Shown: positions 15,101 through 29,500 of the stretch, piece after piece | How positions within the stretch are numbered: the first letter of the stretch is position 1 | How the letters are laid out: each line of letters opens with the position of its first letter | Source: Chrysomallon squamiferum | Lineage: Eukaryota; Animalia; Mollusca | Assembly (NCBI GenBank): GCA_012295275.1 | Contig: CM022665.1 | Coordinates: 25,482,001-25,546,000, forward strand | DNA length: 64,000 nucleotides | Direction of reading: 5' to 3' | Position numbers and translations under genes: made by a program | Notes under the pieces: model-generated | Told to the model about the DNA's origin: nothing | The model's database searches: none | Seen by the model: the letters and a program-made list of their open reading frames with translations, nothing else

Positions 15101-18100
15101 CAATTTTTTGCTTAATAAGGTAAATCAGAAATGCATTTTCAATACTTCTTAAATATACTTGGTAAATATGTGAAATGATCCTTTACTAGATTTTAGCAAC
15201 ATGCCAGGGTCTTTCAGATATCAGCTGTATAATTCTTCTTATTAGTGGCATTAAATTGGTGCACTGCAGCATTTTAGTTTATGAAATTAATTAAAGAAAA
15301 TTATTGGAAAAGGTAATGAAAAATATCAAGCTGCAGTATATTTACGCACTAAAATATGTTAATACTTTTCTCTGAGTCACGCAGTATTATTCATAACTCC
15401 CATCTGGTACAAAATGAAATATTCAATACATTTTAATTTGTTTTGTTTTTTTTGTTGTTTTTTTTATTATTATTATTAAATTGTATACTTCATACAATTA
15501 TGACTGAAAAAAATTGAATATATTATCAGTTTATTTTGGAAGTTAAAGACCATTTCTTCACTAATGTGTAGTTTGAATACAAATGAGCTTGAAATAAGCC
15601 TTGTTTTTGTGAAGCAGTAATTAATTCATTCTTAGTATCAAACAAGAAAATAAAAAATAAAAAAATAAAAAATAAGTTTTTTCAAAACAAAAGATTGGGA
15701 AGACTGAGCAGATAATGAATGTTAATTTTCTGGAGGTAGAGGTGTTGGCTTTTATTCACTAAACAATATACAGTGACTTTTCACTGACTGAGTCTCCATA
15801 CATTTCAGGTTATGATATCAGGTGTTAGGATACCAGTTTAGATTCCCGGTGCTAGTCCTTGCCATTTTAATTTTTTAAATTTAATTTAACTTTTTTTCTT
15901 TTCTTTTTTTTGCTGATATAACTAAAGTGAAAGATGCAGTTATAAAAAAAAATTCAAAATGAGTTTTTGACAAAGTTAAGAAAAACAACATCAATAATAA
16001 ATCTTATGAAAATTATATATTCTTATTCTTTTTCTTATAACATATTATTGATTCAAATATTCCATTATGAGATTATCAGATGGTCAGATACCAGCATTAA
16101 CAAATAAAAACTGGGGTGGGGAATCAAGCTGATTTACAATGTCAGATTACTAATGAAATATGATAACATGACTTTGTTTATAATTACATCTTAGTCAGAT
16201 GAATTGTTTCAAAGTGATAAAACATTCAGAAGCTGGACATTTGTTTCTTAACTGCTTTATCATCGTTTATATGTAATATTTATTTTCATTTAGGACGTGA
16301 TAATGACAGTGTCAAAAATGGACGATCTTCCAACCTTCCTGAAGCAGATCGTGCCAATCTGGATGATCAAACCAATCTTGTGGAAAGTCTCACAAAAGAG
16401 TTATCTGCCTTGCAAAATGAATTTTCTGTGGTTACTAAAGAAAAACAGGAGGTAATGAAATGGTCAGAAATGAAATGATAGTGGGTTTTTTTTTGTAATA
16501 TTTTTACCTTACTGGACAAGGTTATTTTGAAATGAATAAGGAGAAATGTTAGAAAAAAAGGTAAGATTATAAGTTAGTTGTAATTCTTGTATTATCCCAT
16601 ATACTGTCCAGCTGGACATAGTTTGATTAGCTAAAATTATTTTAATTTAATATTGTTTTTGCAAACCTAAAAAATAATAGTTTGCTATTCATGGTGGTCA
16701 CAGCCATAACAAATTTCGGGATATGTTCTTTAGTGCATAATAATTCCAAGGTGCATACTGTGGGAGTTTTTTTGTAACAAAATGTCTTTTGCAGACACCA
16801 AAAAGAATCTAGGCATAAAATAAATCTTTGTATAATTTTTTTAAATTGAATTGTGATAATGTTAAGTGGTAATGTTTTATGGGTTATGGGGTTTTTTTTT
16901 TTTTTGAAGGGCTCATAAGCCACCAATTCCATATTAAAAACAACAACAAAAAACCAACAAATTCAGTATTCAAATGAGTCTAAATTCACATATGTTATTT
17001 CTTTTAACTGTTTACTGAATAAAGCCCATTTAAATTGAATATCGATTATCATGTTCAAAAAGAAATTTGGATTGACTGTAAACTGATTAAAATTTTAATT
17101 ACAACTTAAAGACCATTGAAGCCAAACAGCAAATGGAGCAAGTTTTACAAGAACTGGAGGTAGAAGTTAAAAAACTTAAGGAAGAACGAGAGAATCATCT
17201 GAAGAAGATAGAAGAACTTGATCAGTTGGTTTCACAACTTAAAGATGACTTGAAGAATACTAATATTACAGAAGATGTGCTGAAGGAAGAAATAGAAAGT
17301 GTGTTTAATGTTAAATAATAACATAAAATGTGAAATTCCATATTTAGTCTTGAAAGAGAATAGTTCATATGTGAAATAGATATTTAAATGTTTTGTCAGA
17401 TGTAAATAAATTAATGAATTGATTATTTTTGAAAAATTTGGTAAGATATTTTATTTTAATGTTTAACAAGAGTTCAAAGAAAATTTAATGGCGAATTTCC
17501 ATCTAGACCATTACAGCATTACATCAGATGAACGAGAAAAATGAATAAATAATTACATATATACATCCACACACTGAACTTTATTTACTCACCTACCTTA
17601 TTTTCTTTTTTTTAAATTTAATTTATAACTTTCAGGATAATTTATAATAATACATTAACAAAATGAAGATAATTATCTCTGTTAATCTGGTGCATTTATA
17701 AAAAAACTTTAAAAAACTGAGACATCTTACCAAGGAACACAGTACGTTCACAACATGTTTAGAAATATTCAGCTCAGTTTCAAAAACAAATAATAATAAT
17801 TTAATATTATAAGTTTACAAACTACAGATTTCATCACACTTGATTATTGTATCAGCAGCATTGTTAAAAATCAACTAAGATCTTTTGTTTGTTTGTTTTT
17901 CAGGATTACAGCAAGAGAATGTGGAACTGGTGGAGGTCAACAGACAGGTCCGAGTCAATTTATTTGACACAAAACTCCAGCTTCTTGATCAACTGGATGC
18001 AAACCATGTACAGATATTACTGATAACTTTGCTTTTTACCATATTTATTTTATTTTATTTTATTTTATTTTATTTCATTTCATTTTTTTATTTTTTATTT

Positions 18101-18236
18101 TTATTATTTTATTTTTTTATTTTGTTATACAGTCAGTATTAATATGCATTAAAGATAGCCATTTATTAAGCTGAGTGAAAGTAATAATCATTCATTATTT
18201 GTTAAATGTAATACATTTTTAAAAGTTTTTTAATTA

Positions 18237-18267
<31 letters not shown>

Positions 18268-18734
18268 CCCACTATTTTTTGTTTAAGATATAAAAAGATA
18301 AATTAAATTTTGTTTTGGAATTAAAAAAAAAAAAAAAAAATTTTTTTTGATATTGTTACAGATAATCAAAATAACATTACTAATACCTTACATTATTTTC
18401 CATTTTCTTTAACATGCAGTTTTATTTTTAATTTTCACCCCCCAGCTTAAAAATCCTTTTACAAAAATCAAACATGCTTGTATATTATTGCATGTTTTAA
18501 GCTAAGTTATTTGATGCATTTTTGATATTTTCATCTCCCCTTCATTTTGAGCAGACTTGCATGGTCATGCATCCAGTTGAAGAGCTTGTGAGTTTTTTGT
18601 TTTGAATTTAGCTTGATAAATACACATGTATTTATGCATGTAAATCCAAATAATATATGATTTAATATTCAGCAAAAAAAAAAAAAAAAAAAAAAATGAC
18701 ACACATACATAACAGTCTTAACATATTTCATACA

Positions 18735-18766
<32 letters not shown>

Positions 18767-21427
18767 CCTACACATTTTTATGACTTTATTACTGGTTCTT
18801 GACTGAATTGAATTGTGTACTAAACAATTTATGTATAATTACTAATAATTGTTAATTATATAAATAATTTTTTTAACATCTGTTCTTAGTCTTAATTATG
18901 CTATAGTTGTGTATTAGATTGTTGCTGCACGAGAACAGACCTCTACTTAAGTAGAACAAACCAGTTTTACCTGCTTTGTTGATTACAAGTTTTCAGAATA
19001 CTGTTTTCATAATAAATTTATGTTACAGTATTAAAGCATGTTGTCTTCTGCCCCAAGATTTAATTTTGATGTAACATTAGTAGAAAGCATGCCAGGCCTA
19101 CAGTTATGTAGATGCAGTTTTTTATTCTAGGTTCATTATTTTGTGATAAATGTATATTATTATATTTTTTTAATAATAAATTCTTATCGCTCAGTTCATG
19201 ATATCTTAAATATAAAAACTGTTTCATAAACGAATCAGAAAGTTGCTTATGATTATTTATTAAGGAAAACTACTTAAATGTTAAAAGATAAAATACAATA
19301 CATTTCTTAAAATTTACTTAATTACAAAAATAAAATTCCAGGCTGAAGCTTTGGAATTGTTGGGTGATCTACAACACGTGCGACATGGAATGGACACTGA
19401 AACAGCATGTAGGAGAAATGAGCTTCTCAATGAAAAACAGCAAATAGCCAATCAAATATTTCATGTGGGGCAGAAGGTTAGCATGCATGCAGAAGTAGAT
19501 CATTAAAAATAAATGACAGCATAACAAGAAAAATGTCTAATCTGTCATAGGTATAAAACAAAACATAATATTATATTAAGAGCAAATTACTTACAGGCTT
19601 GTAAGTATGTTTGAGTAAAATGAATTACCAAAAAAATATTTGGTAAAATACAAAGTAAATGAAAGATAGATATCTGGATAAGTATAGTGAGACTATTTAA
19701 CATAATAAAAACAAAAACAAGTAGTTTTAGAATTTAAAAAACAAACAATGAAGGTGTGAATTCATGTGTGCAGACCTATTATAAGGATGCTCCTTTAGTA
19801 TAATAATTAACATACAAATACACAAAGAAGCACCAATAAATAGCCTAAGTACCTATTTTATTATTTTTTTTTCTCCAATAAAATGAATAGATCTTATTTC
19901 TGAATTAAAAATGAAGAAAAACATAACTGATACAGAATTAATATTGATTTAAATTAACGATTATTTAGATGGAACAGAGGGTGAGAAGGTACATTCTGCT
20001 GTTCAGCATAAAAGTGGGAGTGTCTTGTCATTTGAATAAAGAGTAAAATTTAAAAATAACTGCTAGCAAACAACAGAAAGTTAAAATGTTGGCATAAACT
20101 AGTTGATAAATTTACATAACACAAATGATTTAGTGAGGCAGTCAGATATCTTGAGTTTACTCAGTACAGGGGTTCAGATGTTATATGTGTACATTGAATT
20201 GTGTTTAACTTATTTATGTTTAAAACAGCAGTGGTAATGTACTCTTCATTATAGTGAAATATACCTAATCCTGATCATCTTAACAATTGAATATTATTTT
20301 AGTTACATAATCTTATCTCTCATCTTCTTGGAAATAAGAATCTACCCAAACTTCTGAAATGTACCTGAACAAAACACTTATAGCATTTAATTCGATTTGT
20401 TTACAACATTCTCATTTTTTTCAGACAATTTAAACGGCAAACAGATTATGTCAGAGTTGTGTTTAAAGTATAATGTATACAGGGTCCATGCTAAGTTAGA
20501 GAAGCAGGAAGACGTCATTTCTGTTTCTGGACACATTTGGGTGAAACATGATGATACAGCATAACCAAGATATTGTCACAAACATAAAATTAAACATCTA
20601 TATGTGTACATCAATACGCTGTTTCAAATAAAACAGGGCTTTTAACTAAATATTTTATGCAGATTCACATCATAGGTCATAAAATTATTGAACCAAAAAA
20701 GTTTCAATTCTTATGTTTGTTTACTTGCAGCCTCCTTCCTCGAGACACAGACCCCTACTTGCACGTGTTTGTACATGTAATTGTGTACATACATTTATCA
20801 CATCCAATTTAATTTGTATATATTGTCACCATCTAATCACAGCAGTAAAACAACACATTGTTGCAGCTGTTCATTCACCTGTTCACATGATCTTCATCCA
20901 CGTGACCAGCTAGTGATAGACAGTCATCTCTATAATACTTGTTCATAGACACAAAGTCTGTAACACTGAATGGCATAAGAAGGCGATTTGTGTTTATTGC
21001 CATTTAAAAATTCCAGTGAGACTCAGAGAAACAGAGAAGACCTGTTGTTGATTTTTGTACCACTTTTGGTTGAAAGTGATGAAACTTTATTTTATTTGTG
21101 ATTTATTTATTCAGTCGTTCGTGTTTATAAAACTATACATACCTATATATATACCAATGATTTATTTATAAATATAATTTGAAGAAAATAACAGAAGTCC
21201 ACAGGCTGATTGCAAAAAATGTTCATGTGATTGTTGGGCAAAATGAATTCAAAATGTACTGCTATTTTCAACTTGCAAGCAATATATTTAAAAAAAAACA
21301 ACAACAAAAAAACAAAGCAAAGAAGAAGAAGAAAGAAGGCAACTTAGAACTTTGCATGGGTTAAAAGTAAGGTGATGTTTAGTACAAGAGGGTGATTATT
21401 TTGTCCACCTCACCCCCTCACATGAAC

Positions 21428-21465
<38 letters not shown>

Positions 21466-21986
21466 TCATGATGATTAGTTTGGTTTGTCATACATGTATT
21501 GCACATATTCTCTTTCTTTACGATGTCCAAATTTATTAAAAATTGTCCACTGATTTTCTACCATACATTTAAGTGTGTGCAAAGGTTAGAAATATTTAAT
21601 TCAGTTTATTTTGAAAATAATTCTACACATTTCCTATGGAGGTTAAGACATGTTTGGTATGTTGTTGTTTTTTTCTCTTCTAATTTCTAAATGAACATTT
21701 CACTACATTAGTTTAACGTGTGGTGTTTTGTTTTTAAGTTTTATTTTCAAACACTAAAAATTATTTGTAACTGTCAGTTTATTCAGTGTATTTTTTATGG
21801 TTTGATAATAAGTGTAATCAAAATGAAAGGCAGATCTTTTAAGTGTTGCAACTCCTTTCAGTGATTTATGTTAAAAGAATGGACATTGGGGAAAACAAAT
21901 TCTTTGTTTTTAAGTTCACAATTTCAAATTAATATTAAATATTTCTTTTTAACTTGTTTATCCATAACAGTCGTCATTGTGTATGT

Positions 21987-22031
<45 letters not shown>

Positions 22032-23503
22032 CCTGTTTTTTAAGGAACACAGATTATTGCACTACTTTCATTAAACATGTTTCTTTACACTGGGACCAAA
22101 AAAAACAACAACAACAAACACTGTTCTACTTTTAACAGGATTCCTGTGTTCAGTATATTCTGGTTCTGCTGTACCGTCTATGCTGTTTTATTTGTTGGTG
22201 TTTAGCCAAAGAGTTCGGATTGCAATAATTTTATATAAGGGTTGTTCTTTTTTTCATACATTTTACTGTTTATTTTTACAATAAAAATATATTGATTTGT
22301 TGTAGCAGCTGGAGGTAAAAGAAAATATAACTTGTTTGAACAGCAAGTCAGCCAATGTGTCAGGAGAGGTAGCTGCTATTGTTGAAGGCATGGGAAGTTC
22401 TGAACAGCAGTATCATACAGCAGGTAATATTATTTGTAATATTGAGCAAATGATGAATGCATAACATAACAATACAAGTGATGAGTACATAGCATAATAG
22501 TGCAAATGATGAAAACAAAAAAACAGTTCAAGTGATGAATGTATAATAATAGTGCTAAGATGAATACATAACAATAATGCAAATGATTACATAATAGTAC
22601 AAATGATGAATACATAACAATAGTGCAAGTGATGAATACATAGCATAATACTGCAAATGATGAATACATAACAGTGCAATTGATGAATACATAACAATAG
22701 TGCAAGTGATGAATACATAGCATAATGGTGCAAATGATGAATACGTAACAGTGCAAATGATGAATACATAACAATAGTGCCAGTGATGAATACATAGCAT
22801 AATAGTGAATAGTGCAAATGATGAAGACAACAATGGTGCAAATGATGAATACACAATAGTGTAAGTGATGAATATGTAGCATAATAGTGCAAGTGATCAA
22901 TACATGGCATAATGGTGCAAAAAAATACACCCCAAAAAACAATTTAACAAAAACAATTTAAAAAAACAACAATTTGGCCTAAAGTAATAACAGCATGCAC
23001 TGGTGTTTTGTTAAATAATCATTTATTTGATTTTCTAATTATTAATAATGTATATGAATTTTTTCTTTACATTACACTTCAGCATTGAATGACATGTTTT
23101 GTTTTTCTGAATGTTGCAGAATTAGTGAACACTATTGAAAAAGAAAATATGATTCTAAAGGAACAGAACCTGAAATTACAGGAACAGGTAACTCTGCTTG
23201 AAAAAGCTTCCCAGCAGCAGATGTCAGAAAAGAGCTCTTGTGAAGAAACAATAGTCAAACTACAAAAAGAACTGACAAAAATTGAATGGTATGACTTTTG
23301 AATATATCAGTCTTATATTCTGTTTTGTTTTAGTTAAGATTAAAAAATCTGTGATTTGTTTATTAAAGGGATAGGAAGCAGAAACAATCTAAGGTATCAA
23401 GATGGGCTTACTGACTAGCTTGGGTCAGTTCTCAGTCAGTTACAATAAATATTTTTATCTACTGATATAAAAATGTTCTATTCTTATTATTGTTTTATAG
23501 GTG

Positions 23504-23535
<32 letters not shown>

Positions 23536-26500
23536 GTTTATTCATTTTTTCTTTAGATCCAGAATCAACAGATACATTTTCAACCCTGGAACAAAATCTT
23601 GAGACTGATGAAGAATCGTAAGCACATTTGAATTTTCTAGGAGTTAAAATGTCTTTCAGTTTAATCCTTTTATATTTTAAGAGGTGTATTTGTTTAAAAC
23701 ATACATTATCAGTGTATGTATTAGGTCTTTTAAATATTTTTAAAGTAAACAAATTTTCAGAACTGTTATGATGAAAAAAGGTAATAGAACAAATGTATGA
23801 AAGCAGTGTTTGGTAGCAGTAATACAATATCACTAAAACAGAATTAAAAACAGCAATACTTTTTTTTTTTTATCATTTTCTTCTTTTTAAATACATATTG
23901 TGTAATCATGCACTAACTATGAAATTAGGATGATAAACTGAATAATAATAATAATAATAATCAGAAGAAAGCTGTGGAAGAGAGAATTGTCTAATAACAT
24001 TTATTCAGAATCAGAGATTGGAATTCTTTTAAAAATTTATCGTACATTCAGAACACAGTCAATGAAATAGTTTATTACAATTTATTGTTAGAGCCAACTA
24101 TAGTGTAACTACACACTAAAGCCAATTTACCAGATTCAAAAATGATGGAACATTACCTGAATCAAAGAAAAAAATAAGTCTGCTTGCAAGTGTTGATAAT
24201 ATCAGACTGGTTATTTTTCTTTTCAGTAGAAGTGAAGATAGTGGTAATCGTGTGTCTGAACTGGAAGCTTCACTGCACAAACTCACTGAAGAAGTCGACA
24301 AGTACAAAAAGGAAATCAGTGATTTTGAAATGGTCCGATCAGACTGGTTGATGGAGAAAGAGGCAGTTGACGATGTGCTGTTGCAGCTGAGAGAACAGCT
24401 CCAAACAAAAGATGATTTGCTGACTAAAGCTGAGGATCAGAAAGTAGGCAATAATTTTTTTTAATTTTTATTTTTATTTTTTTTTAAATGTTTTTCCTTT
24501 TGGATGGAAATTTGTGTAATTTTATTAAGTGAGTTTGTGCAGTGAAATTTCCAATTCGGATACAGGATTACCACTGTCTTCACTTTTACTGAAAAGAAAC
24601 ATAGCTTACCAGACAACAACATGATAATAATTTCAAAGAGCAGTTAATTAAGAATAAGATAAAAATGTTTAAAATTAATATTAGATTAATATTAGATTAA
24701 TTTAGAAACATGAAAATAATGATTTTGAAATTAAAACTATCAGTCTGTGTGTTTGCATATAATATTGTGGGAGGATTCTTTTTTGTAGATGGATTTGGAA
24801 ACTAAAGTAAATAAATTGCAAGAAGAGTTGTCTCATTTGGACCAAACACTGAAAGAAGAAAAATCTACAAAATCAGGTAAAATATATACATATTTTAAGT
24901 TTAAATTTTTTTTTTTTTTTTTTTTTTGTAATTTTAAAATCATTTGTATAGCCTTCATGAATATTCAGATGTGAATTTTTAAATGAGAATGAAGATGACA
25001 AGTTGCTACAACAGTTCTAAGTAACATATTAAATTTAGCACATTAATTTGCTTATAAGTCACTGTCACCTTGGATTTATGTTTTTTATTTACATTGTTAA
25101 TGTATTTTTTTTTTTTATTAAAAAGTTTATTTCAGTTTATTCAAATATCACGCTCCTTTCATTTTCAGACCTGCTCTCTCAAGTGAATGATCTTGAAAAT
25201 CGTTTGACTCAGCAAGGTGATACTGTGTCATTGTTACAGCAGGACAAGTTAGATCTTGAGACAAGTCTTGAAGAGCTGGATATGCAGCACCAGGAAGCCA
25301 CAGACAAACTCATACAGATGAGAGACAAACTGTTAACAGATATCAGTACTTTACACGACCAGATGTCTCAACGAGAAGATGAAATCTCACAGCTTAAAGC
25401 AGGTCTGGAAACTTCTAGACTGCAGACTTCCAGTGATGAAGTCGATTCATCAAGATTGAAGAAGGAAGAAGAAGAAGAAAATGAAATGGAGGGTGAAGAC
25501 ACAGTTAAATACCTACAAGAGAAAATTCAACAGCTTGATAGAAAGATAGAAAGTCTGAAGAGTGAACTAAATGTGAAAGAGAGAGAGATTGAAGATCTGA
25601 AGGAGAAGGGCAGAAGAGGAGCAGTAGCTGTCAATGAACTTCACATGGACAAACAGGATCTAGAGGAGAAACTGCTGAAGAGTAAGCAAGAGACAGAGAA
25701 CAAAGTATTGAAGATAAAAGAGCTACGTGAGGAGAACACCAAGCTGATTGATGCAAACAAAACTTTGAAGAAAAGACTTCAAGAAATGGAAGAAGATCTG
25801 GAAGAATGGCAGCAGGTTAATGAGGACTACCAGGTTCAACGTTCTCAGTCCGAAAATGCAGTTTTAGAAATGAAACAACTGGCAACTGAAAATTCTCAGT
25901 TGACAAACAAGTTAAATAATGCTGAAAAAACTTGTAGAGAAATCCACATCAGAAATACCGAACTTGTTGCAGAAAATGAAAAGTTATACGACCTAGTCAG
26001 AGAATCTGAGAAACAGACCAACGAAAAGGCTCAGAATGTTATTGAATCACTGGAATCGAACATATCTAACTTGAAAACACAGCTTGATGCAGTATCTTCT
26101 GAAAAGATTTCTTTGCAAAATGAAATAGATCATCTTGAACAAAAAATGGAAGAAAAAAATAAGCATTATGAAAACTACATACAGGACTTGCAAAATTCTA
26201 AGGAACTTGATGCAGACTCCATCAAACAGGAACATCAGAATTTGATGGAAACTTGTCATAAGAAGGAAATTGAAATTGTGGAACTGAAATCACAAATTCA
26301 GACTTTACACAGTGAAATCAGTGATGTGAAAGAAACTCTAACATCATCAGTTGACAGTCAAAACCAGATGTCTGAGATTCTGGTTGAAAAGCAAACAGAC
26401 TTTGATCATCTGAAAGAAGAATATGACCAATTGGTGGCAAAATGTGATGAGTGTAATGAAAGATTGAAAGAGCAAGATATTCTTATTGAAAGCATGAAAA

Positions 26501-29500
26501 ATTTAGAAACCCAACTTGCAGGCTATAAAAATGAGTGTCAGAAGTTAAGGATGGAAATAGAACAAAGTAAAGCAGAGATTGAAAACAAACCAGATGACAA
26601 GCCTCAAACTTTAGAAATAATAACACAGCTAGAGAAAGAACTTTCAGTGGCCAACAGCACACTGGTACAGCTACGCAGTCAGATGAGTGAGTATGAAAAC
26701 ACAATCAGTGACCTACAGTCTCAAGTTAAACAGCTCACTGAGAACAATGAAGATTATAAAAAGTTACTTGAACAAGAAAGTGAGAGAAGAACTGAGCAGG
26801 AAGAACTTGTGTCAGCTCTGCAGCAAGAGTCAGCAGCAAAGGATGCTAAGATAGCAGATTTGGAAAATCAGTTATCATCTGCTCTTTCATCAAAAGAACA
26901 TTCAGATTCCATTCAGCAAGAGTTATCAGAAAGTTGTGTCTCAGAACATCAGAATAATGGATATCAGCAATCTGTCGATACCATTGAAGATATTTCTGAA
27001 CCAGATGGAAAATTTAGAAAAGAAATGACCCAGAACTATTTCTCTGTCAGTGAGAAAGAAGTAGATTACAGTGAAAATTTTAAGCAAATGGAAAAGGTTT
27101 CTCGAGAAATGGATGAATTAAGAGGAAAGTTGAAAGAAAAAGATAAGATAATAGAAGAGCTGCAGACAAATAATTCTTCTCTACTAAAAATGCTGGATGC
27201 AAAGACACCATCTCAGGAAAACAAAACAAAACTTGAAATAAACAAGTTAGAAAATGAAGTGAAATCCTTGAAAATGGAGAAAGAACAGATCCTAGCTGTG
27301 ATGAATGAAAAGACTCGAGAGTGTAGTTCTTCAAAAGCTGAAATCCACAGATTGATGAGTGTTATATCTGCAGAAAAATCTGCTCTTGAAAAACTTCAAC
27401 GTGACAATCATCAGCTGAACCAGACTAAAGATACATCAGAGAAAGAAGACATGCAAAGAGAAGCCCTTCAGACCATGTCAAGATTAGTTCGCGATAAAGA
27501 AATGGAAATAGAAGCCTTGAAGCAGAAAAATGAAACATTGCTAGAAGTTCTTCAGAATTCTTCATCTGAGAACAGCAATGAGAAACAAATCCATTCACTA
27601 CTGCAGGATAAAGAAAACTTAGGAAAACAAGTGAAATTGCTGCAAAATGAGAGAGAACAGATGATAATATATCTGAATCAGAAACATCAAGAAAGTGTCA
27701 CCTATCACAACGAAATTCAACGCCTTAATGCTTACATTAATTCTGAAAAAGAAACATTTGAAAAACTGCAACGTGACTATGAAAGTTTGGTACCCCAGTT
27801 TGAAGACCAGAAACAGGCTCTGATAAAAGCTCAAAACGAATTGCTTAACTATGAGCAGAAGTATCGAGAGCTGGAGGTTAAATATGGAGAGGTGATTCAG
27901 AGAACAAATGTGACTGATACAGTTGACATTGTCACATTTAATACAAAAGAAGAAGAACTTAAAAGGTGTCAGGAAAAATTGGAAGAACTTTCAAACTGTG
28001 TTAATGAAAAGGATCGTTCAATACAAGTGTTGACTCAGAAAATGTTTGAATTGGAAAACTCAATTTCAGATAAGGATGTGGGAAGGACTAATCTCAAAAA
28101 ACAGGTAGAAAATCTTACATTCCAGCTGCAAGGATTGCAGACAGAATTACTGGATTCAAACAAGGAACTGGAAACCTGTCGACAGAAAGCTGCTGAGCAG
28201 AGTTCAGAGAACCAAATGCTAAATGAGCTGAACAATCAGATAACATTGTCTCTGCGAGAGAAAGAGTTTGAGTTGTCCAGTATTCGAGAAAAATCTGGAA
28301 CTCTGCAGACTCTGCTACAGACACAGCAAGGAGAAAAGGGTCAGGTGGATCACATGATTCAGGAAAATGAAGCACTACACAATCAGTGTGTTCAACTGCA
28401 GCAGGAGCGAGACCAGCTCATGTTGGCTCTCAAACAGAGACAGAAAGAGAATGAAGAACTGATGCAGGAGGTATATCTTTATAAAAGTCCATTGTATAAA
28501 AATATGTTAAATACCTGATAATTTCAGTGGTGTAGACATGAACGTTAATCTCTAAAATTTAGAATTTGCTTTTTGTTGCTACAACTACATATATACAGTC
28601 TTAACAGAAAATGATAGCTGGTTATGAAGTAAATATTTGTATTATACTCACTTTATGTACACAAGCAGAAGATTTATTAAACCTTTACTAAATGAATTTT
28701 TTTAATATATATTTTGTTTGAGAACTTATAAATAATGTTTTGATTTACTTTGGCATTCTCATAACAAATACATAATTTACATGACAGATTGAAAAACTGA
28801 AAGAACGCGAGCAGAAAGTAAACCGAGAACTGGACAGGTTGAGACATCATCTACTACAGATTGAGGAGGCTTATACACAGGAGGCTCTTGATGCTGAAGA
28901 GAGAGAAAAAGACCTGAGAAACAGACTAGCAGTAGCTGAGGAAAAACTGCTGTCTTCTTCAGCTGCTGTAGCGCATGCTAGGTAACACACATAAAATATA
29001 TGCATATTTAAATACAGTCATCCAGAATGGTTATTAGCTAATAGCTAGTGATTCAGAAATAATAAAAAAATGTCTTAAAATACATTCTGAAAGAAAGAAA
29101 GAGAGAGAGAGAATTAACAGTCCTACTTTAAAGCATAATACTATTGTTCCATCCTTTGTAACTTTAAGGTATAGGTATGTATAAAAGTATAAGCACTTCT
29201 GGTGGTTTCAGTTGTAGCTAATACCACACCACGAATTTATCAAGATGTGAGTGTTCAGATTATTAATAATTTTAAATAATAATTTTATCAGTCAGACAGC
29301 CAGTCAGCAGGTTGAGAGTCTACAACAACAGCTGTACACAGTGAGCAGTCAGAGAGATGCTGCATATACTCAACTTACAACAATGCAGGATCAGTGTCAG
29401 CAGTATTCTGTCTCACTGGCCAATCTGCAGATGGTGCTGGAACAGTTTCAGAAAGGTATTGTAACCACCTCGGTGAAGTATAATATTTTTATGATAAGAA

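Noticed and set aside
22430-22942. Three overlapping His/Cys/Tyr-rich minus-strand ORFs, or a CRISPR-like array
   Set aside because: These are translations of a minisatellite. There are no unique spacers and no cas genes, and the context is a eukaryotic intron.
26047-28375. Several minus-strand ORFs
   Set aside because: Antisense shadows of the large TRIP11 exon.
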